Positions 19,215 to 29,943 are shown, counted from the first letter of the stretch. The stretch is DNA of 64,000 nucleotides from an uncultured Planctomycetales bacterium (GCA_964603585.1 CAZRVK010000002.1:243561-307560), one strand, 5' to 3'. Numbers and translations are program-made. The notes: generated from the letters alone by a model not told the origin.

Positions 19215-20525
19215 ATGGACCTTTTTAGCGAAAAAAACAATCCCGGTAACAAATCATTTCCGCTTGCGGTGCGGATGCGTCCCGCCACTCTCGATGAGTA
19301 TGTTGGGCAGGAACATATTATCGGCAAAGGCAAACTTCTTCGCCGGGCAATTGATGCCGACCGGGTCAGCTCGCTTATTTTATTTGGTCCTCCGGGAGTA
19401 GGTAAGACCTCTTTGGCGGTTACCATAGCTCAAGTCAGCCAGGCCAATTACGTTTCTATCAATGCCACTACCTCCAACGTAGAAGAGATAAGAAAAGTTA
19501 TTGCCCAGGCAAAACATATTAAATCCTCCGCGAATACTAAAACCATACTTTTTATAGACGAAATCCATCGTTTTAATAAAGCCCAGCAGGATGTGCTCTT
19601 GCCGGATATAGAAGACGGAAACCCTGTTTTGATAGGGGCTACTGTACACAACCCGTATTTTGTCCTGGTATCTCCTTTATTGTCCCGGTCTTTGGTGTGT
19701 GAATTAAAAGCTTTGAAGGAAGAAGAAATACTTATTATCTTGAACAGGGCCTTAAAAGATAAAGATAGGGGTTTAGGCAATCTAAAGATAAAAGCGGATT
19801 ATCAGGCGCTTCTTTTCTTGGCAAAGACCTGTGAAGGAGATGCCCGCAGGGCGCTCAATGCCTTAGAGGTCGGGGTTTTGACTACCCAGGCCCAGGAAAA
19901 CGGGGTAATTAAATTCGATGTTAATGCCGCCGAGGAATCAATCCAGAAGAAGGCCGTGGTGTATGACAGGGATGAAGATGCGCATTATGATACGGCCTCT
20001 GCATTCATCAAGTCTATGCGCGGCTCGGATCCGGATGCTGCGGTATACTGGATGGCCAAGATGCTTTATGCCGGAGAAGATCCCCGTTTTATTGCCCGCA
20101 GGATTTGTATTTTAGCTGCCGAGGATGTAGGTAATGCCGATCCTTTGGCACTCGTTTTGGCTAATGCGGCTTTACAGGTTGCAGAATTTGTGGGGATGCC
20201 GGAAGCGCGCATTCCTTTGGCGCAGGCATGTATTTATGTGGCCTGTGCTCCTAAATCCAATGCGAGTTATCTGGCGATTGACAAGGCTTATGCGGATATT
20301 GAAAATGGCCGGGTCCAGGAAGTGCCGGATCATTTAAAGGATGCCAACTACTCTGGCGCAAAGAAATTAGGCCATGGCGAGGGGTATAAATACGCCCATG
20401 ATTTCCCCGGCCATTATGTAAAACAGAAATATACCCGTAAAGCCGTCCGTTACTATGAGCCTACAGATGTTGGCCATGAAGCAAAGATCAAACAACGATT
20501 AAGCGCCATACGCAAAACCCCCTGA
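19215..20525 (+). CDS. rarA: replication-associated recombination protein A (RarA/MgsA AAA+ ATPase)
   Basis: MRPATLDEYVGQEHIIGKGKLLRRAI...LFGPPGVGKTSLA, MgsA C-terminal domain. Confidence 0.85.
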   Translation: MDLFSEKNNPGNKSFPLAVRMRPATLDEYVGQEHIIGKGKLLRRAIDADRVSSLILFGPPGVGKTSLAVTIAQVSQANYVSINATTSNVEEIRKVIAQAKHIKSSANTKTILFIDEIHRFNKAQQDVLLPDIEDGNPVLIGATVHNPYFVLVSPLLSRSLVCELKALKEEEILIILNRALKDKDRGLGNLKIKADYQALLFLAKTCEGDARRALNALEVGVLTTQAQENGVIKFDVNAAEESIQKKAVVYDRDEDAHYDTASAFIKSMRGSDPDAAVYWMAKMLYAGEDPRFIARRICILAAEDVGNADPLALVLANAALQVAEFVGMPEARIPLAQACIYVACAPKSNASYLAIDKAYADIENGRVQEVPDHLKDANYSGAKKLGHGEGYKYAHDFPGHYVKQKYTRKAVRYYEPTDVGHEAKIKQRLSAIRKTP

Positions 20526-20615
20526 CCCCGCATTTTATATAAATACCTGCTATCCAGGCAATGGCAACATTGATGTTTAGGCGAAGAATTTTTCCCTTGA
20601 GCCCAACATTAAATC

Positions 20616-21290
20616 GTGTTAAAATTTATCATGATTATCACAGAGCAAAAAACCATTGGGGAAATTAAGGATAGCTTAAAAAACTATGCCAAAATATTTT
20701 TGGTGGGTTGCGGAGAATGTTCCACGGTTTGCAAGACCGGAGGCGAACCGGAATTAATTAAAATGCGCCAGGAGTTAGAGTCAGCCGGAAAACAGATTAT
20801 AGGCATATGCATTCCTGGAGCGCCTTGTTTAGCCAGCCAGGCGAAGATGGAATTAGCTAAAAATACCCGGTATTTACGCCAGGCGGAGGCGGTTTTGGTG
20901 TTGGCCTGCGGCTTAGGAGTTCAATCCGTAAAAAACAACAATCGCCTGGACTTGCCGGTCATTCCTGCCTGCAATACCCTTTTTGGCGCGACCATGGATG
21001 CCGAAGGCAATTTTTATGAGAAATGCTCCATGTGTGCGGAGTGTGTTTTGGCTTTAACCGGAGGTGTTTGTCCGGTAACCAGTTGTGCAAAAGGATTGAT
21101 GAATGGGCCTTGCGGGGGGATGAATAAAGGAAAATGCGAAGTGGACAACCAGAAAGATTGTGCCTGGGTTTTGATCTATAAGGAATTAGAGAGGAAAAAT
21201 AATATCGGTGAATTTCGGACAATACACGCGCCCAGGGATTTTAAGAAAAGTTTGAGGCCGCGTAAACTATTAGGAGCAAGCCGTGGGTGA
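20616..21290 (+). CDS. Cys-rich methylene-THF-reductase-associated (MetV-like, MTHFR_C zinc-ribbon) protein
   Basis: 224 aa with many Cys pairs (GCGECSTVC; CSMCAECV; CPVTSC; GPCGGMNKGKCE...C). Pattern resembles the MTHFR C-terminal/MetV family of acetogen-type metF clusters. Confidence 0.45.
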   Translation: MLKFIMIITEQKTIGEIKDSLKNYAKIFLVGCGECSTVCKTGGEPELIKMRQELESAGKQIIGICIPGAPCLASQAKMELAKNTRYLRQAEAVLVLACGLGVQSVKNNNRLDLPVIPACNTLFGATMDAEGNFYEKCSMCAECVLALTGGVCPVTSCAKGLMNGPCGGMNKGKCEVDNQKDCAWVLIYKELERKNNIGEFRTIHAPRDFKKSLRPRKLLGASRG

Positions 21291-21708
21291 TTTGAATTAC
21301 AGCGATAAGGTTATGGATCATTTCTTGCATCCGCGTAATGTCGGGGAAATATCGGATGCCAGCGGAGTAGGTACGGTGGGGAACCCCATTTGTGGCGATG
21401 TGATGAAAATGTACCTGAAAGTAGATAAAGATATTATTATAGACGCGAAGTTTAAAACTTTTGGCTGTGGCGCGGCAATCAGCACAAGTTCCATGGTTAC
21501 TGAAATGGTAAAGGGGAAAACCATTGAGGAAGCTTTGCAGATCACCAATAAAGCTGTGGCGGAAGCCTTAGGTGGTTTGCCGGCAGTCAAGCTGCATTGT
21601 TCTGTTCTGGCAGAGCAGGCATTACGTTCTGCCCTGGCAGATTTCTACAGGAAAACTGGACGTGACCCCAGTTTATTCGAACCCAAAAATGATGTTTGCG
21701 GGCATTAA
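21283..21708 (+). CDS. iscU: IscU/NifU-type Fe-S cluster assembly scaffold
   Basis: YSDKVMDHFLHPRNVGE...GNPICGDVMK...FGCGAAISTSS...LHCSVLA: three conserved Cys of NifU_N; GTG start. Confidence 0.8.
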   Translation: MGDLNYSDKVMDHFLHPRNVGEISDASGVGTVGNPICGDVMKMYLKVDKDIIIDAKFKTFGCGAAISTSSMVTEMVKGKTIEEALQITNKAVAEALGGLPAVKLHCSVLAEQALRSALADFYRKTGRDPSLFEPKNDVCGH

Positions 21709-22274
21709 AACATATGACTCAAGGTGCAGGATTGACAAAAGCCATGATTCGTAGTAAAATTTTGGAAAGGTTAAAATCACATAAGGAGGAAGACCGAAAG
21801 ACCAAAAGTAGAAATATTAAGAACAAGCTTTTCCGGACTTCGATTTTTAAAAAGGCCAAAAGAGTGATGTTTTATATCTCTTTTGGTGGCGAGGTTTATA
21901 CGCAAGAGATGATAAAAGCAGCAAGAAAATTAGGTAAGATTGTGACAGTTCCTGTTTGCCAGCACAATAGAATAATTATTAAACCCTGTATTTTCACCCC
22001 TGAAGGTAAGCTTATGAAAGGGCCTTATGGGGTATGTGAGCCTGCGGTAAAGAAATTTCTGGATCCGCGTGATCTGGATTTAGTGATCGTGCCCGGATTA
22101 GCTTTTGATAAAAAGGGCAACCGTCTTGGCCGAGGCAAGGGTTGTTATGACCGGTTCTTGAAAAATCTTGGCGAAAATGTTCATTCTATTGGGCTGGCTT
22201 ATGGTTTCCAGATCTTACCTTCTCTTCCCGTCACCAAAAACGATATAGGCGTGGATAAATTAATTTACGCTTAA
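21696..22274 (+). CDS. 5-formyltetrahydrofolate cyclo-ligase
   Basis: MTHFS-like: KKGNRLGRGKGCYDRFL, VPGLAFDKKG. Confidence 0.75.
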   Translation: MRALKHMTQGAGLTKAMIRSKILERLKSHKEEDRKTKSRNIKNKLFRTSIFKKAKRVMFYISFGGEVYTQEMIKAARKLGKIVTVPVCQHNRIIIKPCIFTPEGKLMKGPYGVCEPAVKKFLDPRDLDLVIVPGLAFDKKGNRLGRGKGCYDRFLKNLGENVHSIGLAYGFQILPSLPVTKNDIGVDKLIYA

Positions 22275-22390
22275 AAACTCCGCATTATCTTAGGCCCTTT
22301 AGCACTAAAAAATCCGTATTAACACTTTATTGGGATGAATATATTGTTATATTAACATCCCGATAATGTAAAAGGAGGGCTACTAATACC

Positions 22391-23947
22391 ATGTCAAGCT
22401 TAGTGATAATATCCATTGTAGTGGCTGTAATTTCGCTGGTTGCCGGGTATATTTTACGTAAATTCATCGCGGAAAAGAAACTGCAGGACGCGGACACACA
22501 AGCAAAGAATATTCTGGAGCAGGCAAAAAAAGAGGCTCAAGATAAACGCCGAGAGGCAGAATTGGAAGGAAAGGACCTTCTGTATCGTATGCGCCAGGAT
22601 TTTGAACGGCAAACCCAGGAGCGTAGGCAGGAGATTGCCAATTCCGAGAAAAGGTTGACTCAAAAAGAGGAGAATATTGACCGCAGGTTGGATCTTTTGG
22701 AACGCAAAGAGAAGGAAATAGAACAAAGGCAATCGGAGGCCAAAAGGCAGGAGGATGTTTTAAAATCCAAAGATGCCCAGATGAACGCGTTGTTAGCCGA
22801 AGAAAAGGAGAGGCTGCAGAAAATATCGTCTTTATCCGCAGAAGAGGCTAAACAAATCCTCTTGAATCGGTTAAATGAAGAGTTGAGCAACGAGAAGGCC
22901 GTGGTGATCAAGAAGCAGGAAGAGGATTTGCGCCTGACGTCCGAGAAAAAAGCCCGGGAGATCATTAGCCTGGCTATTCAAAGGTGTGCCGCCGATCATT
23001 CGGTGGAAACCACCGTCAGCGTAGTAATGCTGCCGAGTGATGAAATGAAAGGCCGGGTAATCGGCAGAGAAGGCAGGAATATCCGGGCTTTTGAAATGGC
23101 CACGGGGGTAGATGTTATTATTGACGATACCCCGGAGGCGGTTACGCTTTCATGTTTTGATACCGTGCGACGTGAGATCGCCCGCATGGCTTTAGAAAAA
23201 CTCATCTCTGACGGCAGGATCCACCCTGGGCGCATCGAAGAGGTGGTAGAAAAGGCTAAGAAGGAGATGGATGAGAAAATACGGGAAGAAGGTGAACGGG
23301 CGGCATTCGATTCCACAGTGAATGGATTGCACCCGGAGATCATTAAATTGTTAGGACGGCTTAAATATCGTACCAGTTTTGGACAAAATGCCTTACAGCA
23401 TTCAAAGGAAGTATCTTTTCTTATGGGGGTAATGGCTTCCGAGATGGGATTGGATTTTAAGCTTTCTCGGCGTATCGGGCTTTTGCATGACTTGGGCAAG
23501 GCAATCGATCATCAAGTCGAAGGTACCCATGCCAAGATCGGAGCAGAATTAGCGAAGAAATTCAATGAATCCGCTGAAGTGTTGGAGGCGATCGAGGCGC
23601 ATCACGAAGAGATCGAAGCCAAAACCTTTTATTCGGTTCTTACGGTTGCTGCTGACGCCATTAGTGCCGCCAGGCCCGGGGCTAGACGAGAAACACTGGA
23701 AACTTATATTAAAAGGCTGGAAAACCTGGAGTCAATTGCCAATCAGTTCAAAGGCGTAGAGAAAACTTACGCCATTCAGGCTGGCCGTGAGATCCGAGTG
23801 ATTGTCCAGCCAGAAAAGATCTCTGACCCAGACGCCATTAACCTGGCCAGGGATATCCGTAAGAAGATCGAAGAAGGGATGGAGTATCCGGGTCAGATCA
23901 AAGTCACCGTGATCAGGGAAACGCGGGCGATAGAGTACGCCAAATAA
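22391..23947 (+). CDS. rny: ribonuclease Y
   Basis: N-terminal TM, long coiled coil, KH domain (GRVIGREGRNIRAFE), HD domain (LLHDLGKAIDH). Confidence 0.9.
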   Translation: MSSLVIISIVVAVISLVAGYILRKFIAEKKLQDADTQAKNILEQAKKEAQDKRREAELEGKDLLYRMRQDFERQTQERRQEIANSEKRLTQKEENIDRRLDLLERKEKEIEQRQSEAKRQEDVLKSKDAQMNALLAEEKERLQKISSLSAEEAKQILLNRLNEELSNEKAVVIKKQEEDLRLTSEKKAREIISLAIQRCAADHSVETTVSVVMLPSDEMKGRVIGREGRNIRAFEMATGVDVIIDDTPEAVTLSCFDTVRREIARMALEKLISDGRIHPGRIEEVVEKAKKEMDEKIREEGERAAFDSTVNGLHPEIIKLLGRLKYRTSFGQNALQHSKEVSFLMGVMASEMGLDFKLSRRIGLLHDLGKAIDHQVEGTHAKIGAELAKKFNESAEVLEAIEAHHEEIEAKTFYSVLTVAADAISAARPGARRETLETYIKRLENLESIANQFKGVEKTYAIQAGREIRVIVQPEKISDPDAINLARDIRKKIEEGMEYPGQIKVTVIRETRAIEYAK

Positions 23948-24021
23948 ATCGACTATTACATAGTTGATATGTGAAGCCCGGAATATACCTGCACTTTTTT
24001 AGGAATGGGGGTTGTAAATAA

Positions 24022-24807
24022 ATGAAGGTCCTGTTTATTGGCGATATCGTGGGTACTCCCGGCCGCGAGGCGGTAAAGCATCTTGTGCCTCGGTTAAGGC
24101 AGGAGCATCATCTTGATTTTGTAGTCGCCAATGCCGAGAATGCTGCCGGCGGTTCAGGGATTGTCCCCCGCATAGCCGATGAACTTTTTGATTCAGGGGT
24201 GGATGTTTTGACCTCCGGAGACCATATTTGGAAGAAAAAAGATATTTTTGACAGGATCCAGTCAGACAATCGCATCCTCCGTCCGGTTAATTTTCCGCTG
24301 GGCGCACCTGGAAAAGGTTCCGGGGTTTTTAAATCCGATAGCGGCGTTAAAATCGCGGTATTAAACGTTCAGGGCAGGGTTTTTATGGAAGCATTAGAAT
24401 GCCCCTTTTTGTCTGCCCGTAAAGAGATCGAAGGTATCCTTGAAGAAACCAAGGTAGTCATTGTAGATATCCATGCTGAAGCGACCTCGGAAAAAGTAGC
24501 GTTGGGCTGGTATTTAGACGCAAAGGCAAGTGCGATTTTTGGCACGCATACCCATATTCAGACTGCCGATGAAAAGATACTGCCCGGCGGCACCGCATAT
24601 ATTACCGATGTAGGTATGACCGGTCCATACTGTTCAGTAATCGGGCGCAGAGTGGAGGATGTCCTGCAAAGGTTCATTACCGCTGTCCCGGTGCGTTTTG
24701 AAGTGGCATCTGCAGATATACAACTGCATGGCGCAATAGTCGATATAGATGAAGCGACGGGTAAAGCGCGTTCAATTACAAGAATACAAGAAAAATTCAA
24801 TGGATAA
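24022..24807 (+). CDS. ymdB: YmdB-family metallophosphoesterase (TIGR00282)
   Basis: MKVLFIGDIVG..GR...VVANAENAAGG...SGDH; conserved rny-ymdB pairing. Confidence 0.8.
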   Translation: MKVLFIGDIVGTPGREAVKHLVPRLRQEHHLDFVVANAENAAGGSGIVPRIADELFDSGVDVLTSGDHIWKKKDIFDRIQSDNRILRPVNFPLGAPGKGSGVFKSDSGVKIAVLNVQGRVFMEALECPFLSARKEIEGILEETKVVIVDIHAEATSEKVALGWYLDAKASAIFGTHTHIQTADEKILPGGTAYITDVGMTGPYCSVIGRRVEDVLQRFITAVPVRFEVASADIQLHGAIVDIDEATGKARSITRIQEKFNG

Positions 24808-26584
24808 AACCAAGATCCGTAATTTAGTAGTCGCTATTTTCTTCGTTTTCATTGTTTCTCCTGTTTTCGCCCAAGAGGGCGATATTGATTTTACGCTTGA
24901 TGTGAATTCTGCCAAAGTAAACCTGCCGAATATATTCAAGCCCAATATCGATCTTAGCGGCCGGGGATTTAATCCCCAGGCTTCATGGCCTCAATCTTTG
25001 GCCGGAGGCGAAACCATCGATTTTTGGCAAAAAGAGATGGGGTTATCCGGCATATATCGTATACAGTATAATCTTTGGGATATTTACGAGCTGGCGAAAG
25101 ACCCGGAATCCCAGGCGAAGCTACTGGCTAATTATGATGAAGTGATTCGGCGCGTATCTGATGCTGGAGGTACGGTAATTTTGAATTTGTTTGGTACCCC
25201 GGCTGGTTTAGGCAAGGTGCTGGATAAAAAAAGCCCCATGGTAGATGCCCGGGAATTTAAAGAGCTAGTTAAGAGTCATATTCGCAATTTAAGCTGTGAG
25301 AAAAGATATAATATCTGGTATGAGGTTTGGAGCGCTCCGGATTTAGACGACTTTTTCCTGGGGCGTAAACAGGAATACCTTAATCTTTATCGCGCAGTCG
25401 CTACTGCGGTAAAGGAGTTGGAAGCGGAAACCAAGATCCAAATCCCGATAGGAGGGCCGAGCGTCAGCTGGTGGTTTCAAAACCTGGAAGGTAATACAAT
25501 CGTGACACCGGAAAAAAGCCTGATCTATGAATTAATCAAGTTTTGTTATGGATACCGGCTGCCCTTGGATTTTATCAGTTGGCACGCTTATTCTTCGGAT
25601 CCCCGGGCCGAACAGGATACCACCCGTTATCATAAAAGTACAGTGGCGCTAATAAGAGATTGGTTGACCTATTTCCGGTTTGACCGGAATACGCCTTTAA
25701 TTATTGATGAGTGGAACTATGACTCCGGAGCCAATGTTATTCCGGAACGATCAGAAAAAGCTTTTATCGGAGCAAGTTATATCTTAAGCCGGATCAAAAA
25801 GATGTATGATGCCGGGCTTGATTATCAGCTTTATTTTTCAGCGGAGGATTTCTTTAATCAAAAAGATAATGTTGTGCGCAATGTAGGGATTTTTTCTTTT
25901 GATCCGTCATCTGCAAAGAATAAGCCCGCCCCCAAGTCCATATATAATGTCTTTAAAATCATGAGCGCGTTAGGCAAAAAGAAATTTATTAGCCTGAAGA
26001 ATGACGATGAGTTTGTGGGCATGATCGCCACCAAAAGCCAGGATGGTTTTGTCGTTGCCATTTATAATTATATTGATCCTGCGATCGCCGTCAATTATCT
26101 TTCCCGCAATATAGCTGGCCTTAATGAAAAGGAAAGAAGATGGCTGCTGGGCATGGTAAAATCGGACGTGTTGGGTAAGATATTGCGTTATGAAAAAGAA
26201 ATTACCCCTTTGCGTGTTACGCGCCGATTGAAATCTTTGCTAAGAAAGGCGCAGGTTTTGCATGACCGCGCAGAGAAATTCAAAAGTCTGCCGCGGAATA
26301 TCAAATTAAGCCTTAAAGGATTGAAAGGCACGTATGTCTATGAGCGATTTCTTGTCGATGATAGTTGTTTGGCGGAGTGCGGTTTTCTCCCGGTTGAGGT
26401 AAAAGAAATCCCGGCGAATGATATCTTCCAGGAAATATTGAAGGTTAAACCTTATTCGGTACAGATGCTTGTTTTAAAAAGAAAGGCCGATGAGCCAAAG
26501 AGCGCGGAGATCAAAACGATCCCTGTAATTCCGGTAGCGGTTGATGTTAATGATACTGTTCCGGCTCAAGAAAAACCCCAATAG
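24803..26584 (+). CDS. secreted TIM-barrel glycoside-hydrolase-like protein (family unassigned)
   Basis: N-terminal signal peptide (LVVAIFFVFIVSPVFAQ); central region with GH-like features (NEW..., IDEWNYD catalytic-Glu-like motifs); no clear family match by eye. Confidence 0.35.
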   Translation, partial: DKTKIRNLVVAIFFVFIVSPVFAQEGDIDFTLDVNSAKVNLPNIFKPNIDLSGRGFNPQASWPQSLAGGETIDFWQKEMGLSGIYRIQYNLWDIYELAKDPESQAKLLANYDEVIRRVSDAGGTVILNLFGTPAGLGKVLDKKSPMVDAREFKELVKSHIRNLSCEKRYNIWYEVWSAPDLDDFFLGRKQEYLNLYRAVATAVKELEAETKIQIPIGGPSVSWWFQNLEGNTIVTPEKSLIYELIKFCYGYRLPLDFISWHAYSSDPRAEQDTTRYHKSTVALIRDWLTYFRFDRNTPLIIDEWNYDSGANVIPERSEKAFIGASYILSRIKKMYDAGLDYQLYFSAEDFFNQKDNVVRNVGIFSFDPSSAKNKPAPKSIYNVFKIMSALGKKKFISLKNDDEFVGMIATKSQDGFVVAIYNYIDPAIAVNYLSRNIAGLNEKERRWLLGMVKSDVLGKILRYEKEITPLRVTRRLKSLLRKAQVLHDRAEKFKSLPRNIKLSLKGLKGTYVYERFLVDDSCLAECGFLPVEVKEIPANDIFQEILKVKPYSVQMLVLKRKADEPKSAEIKTIPVIPVAVDVNDTVPAQEKPQ

Positions 26585-26587
26585 AGT

Positions 26588-27850
26588 ATGCCTAAAGAAA
26601 CCCCGGATTTATTTGCCATGCTGTCCCCGGAGAATGATCCCCGGCACATTTTTACGGTATCGGAAATTACAGAGGGGATTAAATTGATCCTGGAAGATAA
26701 TTTCGCGCAGGTATGGGTGGAAGGGGAGATCTCCAATTTTAAAGCCGCTACGTCCGGGCATTTTTATTTTTCCCTAAAAGATAAGAATGCCATGCTTGCC
26801 GGGGCGATGTTTGCCCGGGCCAATAAAGAGCTTAAATTTAAACTGGAAGATGGTTTATCGGTCATTTGTTTCGGCAAGATAGATGTTTATGCTCCCCGAG
26901 GCCAGTATCAGTTAATTGTAGAAAAAATCGAACCCAAAGGGATCGGTGCCCAACAACTGGCTTTTGAACAGCTTAAAAATAAATTATTCAAAGAGGGTCT
27001 GTTCGATCCGGCCCATAAACGGCCACTTCCCTTTATGCCGTTTTGTATTGGCCTGGTTACTTCCAGCGCCGGGGCAGCGGTGAGGGATATCTTGCAAATA
27101 TTAAAGAAAGGCGCGCCTTGTATTGATATAGTGATCCGTTCGGTGCGGGTGCAGGGTGAGCAGGCACACGGAGAGATTGCCGCGGCGATCGAAGATTTGA
27201 ATCGATTTAACGGTATAGATTTAATTATTGTCAGCCGGGGAGGAGGAAGTATCGAAGATCTTTGGGCTTTCAATGAAGAGATAGTTGCCCGCGCCGTGTA
27301 TAACTCCCGGATACCAGTTATTTCTGCTGTAGGACACCAGATCAATACTACACTTTCAGATCTGGCAGCGGATGTTTTTGTAGAGACCCCTTCTGCTGCG
27401 GCTAAGATCCTGGTCGATAAGAAGAATGCCTTATTGGCCGAGCTGGATGGGGCAAGACATGAACTGGGATTTTCTATTTCGCAAACACTCGGCCAGTTAA
27501 AACATAATCTGATTGCCCTTAGCCATATGCTTAAGAGCCCCCTGGATCGTCTATTGGAAAAACAGCAGCAATTAGACGAGATACTCGGCAGTTTAAATAA
27601 CAATATTCAGCACGTTTTAAGTATATTGGGCGAAAGAATGTCGTCTTTAACCGAACACCTGGGTGCATTGAATCCGTTATCTGTTCTGGCGAGAGGTTAT
27701 AGTTTAAGCATGCTTATGCCCAAAGATATCTTGGTGCAAGACGCTTCAAAGCTTAAGCCCGGGGATAAAATAAAGACAATATTGGCAAACGGCGCTTTTA
27801 TCAGTCAAGTGCAGGAGGTATTACAAGATGAAGGAAAAGGTATCGTTTGA
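26588..27850 (+). CDS. xseA: exodeoxyribonuclease VII large subunit
   Basis: OB-fold N-terminus (VWVEGEISNFKAATSGHFYFSLKD), catalytic core, coiled-coil C-terminus. Confidence 0.85.
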   Translation: MPKETPDLFAMLSPENDPRHIFTVSEITEGIKLILEDNFAQVWVEGEISNFKAATSGHFYFSLKDKNAMLAGAMFARANKELKFKLEDGLSVICFGKIDVYAPRGQYQLIVEKIEPKGIGAQQLAFEQLKNKLFKEGLFDPAHKRPLPFMPFCIGLVTSSAGAAVRDILQILKKGAPCIDIVIRSVRVQGEQAHGEIAAAIEDLNRFNGIDLIIVSRGGGSIEDLWAFNEEIVARAVYNSRIPVISAVGHQINTTLSDLAADVFVETPSAAAKILVDKKNALLAELDGARHELGFSISQTLGQLKHNLIALSHMLKSPLDRLLEKQQQLDEILGSLNNNIQHVLSILGERMSSLTEHLGALNPLSVLARGYSLSMLMPKDILVQDASKLKPGDKIKTILANGAFISQVQEVLQDEGKGIV

Positions 27851-28070
27851 GGATGATATGAAACGTCTTCAAAAAATCGTTGAAGAATTGTCCAGCGGAA
27901 AGCTTACTTTAGGCGAGTCATTGAAAAAATACGAAGAAGGGGTAAAATTGGCGCAAAGTTGTTCGGCAGTTTTAAATGATTCCCAGCGCAAGGTGGAGTT
28001 GCTGATGAAGAAAGACGGCAAGTTCTCCCTTGAAGATTTTTCCGAAGGGCCAGAGGCGGAAGGCAAATAA
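27828..28070 (+). CDS. xseB: exodeoxyribonuclease VII small subunit
   Basis: FEDDMKRLQKIVEELSSGKLTLGESLKKYEEGVKLAQSC matches XseB. Confidence 0.85.
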   Translation: MKEKVSFEDDMKRLQKIVEELSSGKLTLGESLKKYEEGVKLAQSCSAVLNDSQRKVELLMKKDGKFSLEDFSEGPEAEGK

Positions 28071-29941
28071 TGATCTTAGACCGGATACATTCTCCCGAGG
28101 ATTTAAAAAAACTGACCCTTGAGCAATTAGTGGCATTGTCCGCTGAAGTACGCCAAAGGATCACCGAGGTAGTTTCGGTGACAGGCGGCCACTTGGCGTC
28201 TAGCCTGGGAGCGGTTGAGATAACGATTGCTTTACACTACTGTTTAAACACTCCGCAAGATAAGATTGTCTGGGATGTCGGACATCAGTGTTATACCCAT
28301 AAGATTTTGACCGGCAGAAACAAGGATTTTCCCTCCCTGCGCCAATATGGCGGATTGACAGGGTTTCCCTGTAAGGATGAATCGGTTTATGATATGTTCA
28401 CTACAGGGCATAGTTCAACCGCGGTGTCTTTGGCTTTGGGACTGGTTTGTGCCAGAGATTTATCTGTAGAAAAGAAATTCAAAGTTGCGGCAGTGATCGG
28501 AGATGGTTCCTTGAGCGGCGGGTTATGTTTTGAAGGATTGAATAACGCGGGGCATTTAAAAAAGGACCTTTTGGTGATCTTAAACACCAATGAGCTTAGT
28601 ATTGCCCCGAATGTCGGGGCGATCAGTACATATTTGAACAAGATCATCTCACTGCCGGTGTATAACCGGTTTCGCAGCTCCCTGGAGAGTTTTGTCAAGT
28701 CGCGTATGCCTAAAGGCAGCCATATTATTAAACTGGCTAATAAGTTCGAAGAGGGGCTCAAAGGCCTTTTTGTCCCGGGGATGTTATTTGAAGAGATGGG
28801 GTTCCGTTATTTTGGCCCATTTAATGGGCATGATTTAGGCCTTTTGATCCGGACATTAAAGAATATCCAAAGCTTTAAAGGCCCGATATTAATGCATGTG
28901 GTTACTAAAAAAGGAAAAGGTTATGCGCCGGCAGAAAATGATCCGGTAAGGTTCCACGGCACAGGGGCTTTTGATATCTCAACCGGCGGGATTGTATCTA
29001 AAAACAGTGATTCCACAGCTACTTATACAGAAGTTTTTGGCGAGAAACTGGTGGCATTGTCTCGAGAAGATGAGAAAATCGTCGCGATTACCGCAGCTAT
29101 GCCGGAAGGAACCGGTGTTGATAAATTCAGGGATGTCTTTAGAGACAGGTTCTTTGATGTAGGTATCGCTGAAGAACATGCGGTATGTTTTGCCGCCGGT
29201 TTGGCCCGAGAAGGGTTAAAGCCGGTTGTTGCGGTGTATTCTACTTTTGTTCAGCGTTCTTATGATCAGATCATGGAAACAGTGGCTTTACAGCATTTGC
29301 CGGTAATATTTGCTCTTGACCGTGCAGGTATTGTCGGGGAAGATGGAGCGACCCACCAGGGTATTTTTGATCTGGCTTTTTTAAGGAGTATCCCGGGGTT
29401 GGTGATGATGGCGCCAAAAGACGGCTGGGAATTGGAGGCAATGCTTGATTTTGCGGTTAATTTGCATCAGCCGGTGGTGATCCGTTATCCTCGCAGCAAA
29501 GTCCCGGTTCATGAGCGGCAAAGGTCTTTTTACGATATTAGTTTAGGAAAAGCCGAGGTGTTAAAAGGGACCAAGGGTAGCCGGGTGTTGATTATTGCCT
29601 TGGGTAGCATGGTCATTCCGTCTATTCAAGCGGCGGATATTCTGGAAAAAGAAGGCATTTCTGTCTGTCTGATAAACAGCCGTTTCTTAAAACCCTTGGA
29701 TACAGAATTATTTAAGCGTTTAAGCAGAGAATCGGAATTTATTTTTACTGTAGAAGAAGGTATCATAAGCGGAGGATTTGGCAGTGCGGTAATGGAAGTT
29801 TTGGGTGGGGATATTGAAGTGATCGGCTTACCGGATGAATTCATCCCATGCGGCAGGAGGGATTTTCTGTTAGAAAAGTATGGTCTCAATGCCCAGGGTA
29901 TTGCCATGCAGGTCAAGCAAAAAATCTCCAGGGTTAAATAA
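28070..29941 (+). CDS. dxs: 1-deoxy-D-xylulose-5-phosphate synthase
   Basis: 623 aa; GGHLASSLG, GDGSLSGG TPP motif, transketolase-like domains. Confidence 0.9.
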   Translation: MILDRIHSPEDLKKLTLEQLVALSAEVRQRITEVVSVTGGHLASSLGAVEITIALHYCLNTPQDKIVWDVGHQCYTHKILTGRNKDFPSLRQYGGLTGFPCKDESVYDMFTTGHSSTAVSLALGLVCARDLSVEKKFKVAAVIGDGSLSGGLCFEGLNNAGHLKKDLLVILNTNELSIAPNVGAISTYLNKIISLPVYNRFRSSLESFVKSRMPKGSHIIKLANKFEEGLKGLFVPGMLFEEMGFRYFGPFNGHDLGLLIRTLKNIQSFKGPILMHVVTKKGKGYAPAENDPVRFHGTGAFDISTGGIVSKNSDSTATYTEVFGEKLVALSREDEKIVAITAAMPEGTGVDKFRDVFRDRFFDVGIAEEHAVCFAAGLAREGLKPVVAVYSTFVQRSYDQIMETVALQHLPVIFALDRAGIVGEDGATHQGIFDLAFLRSIPGLVMMAPKDGWELEAMLDFAVNLHQPVVIRYPRSKVPVHERQRSFYDISLGKAEVLKGTKGSRVLIIALGSMVIPSIQAADILEKEGISVCLINSRFLKPLDTELFKRLSRESEFIFTVEEGIISGGFGSAVMEVLGGDIEVIGLPDEFIPCGRRDFLLEKYGLNAQGIAMQVKQKISRVK

Positions 29942-29943
29942 AG

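Noticed and set aside
19007-19401. Protein-coding ORFs 19007..19228 and 19102..19401
   Set aside because: No domain features. They overlap a promoter-to-terminator structured segment better explained as ncRNA/5' leader.
26908-27603. 231-aa minus-strand ORF
   Set aside because: Entirely antisense to xseA, low-complexity Ser/Ala-rich translation. Spurious.
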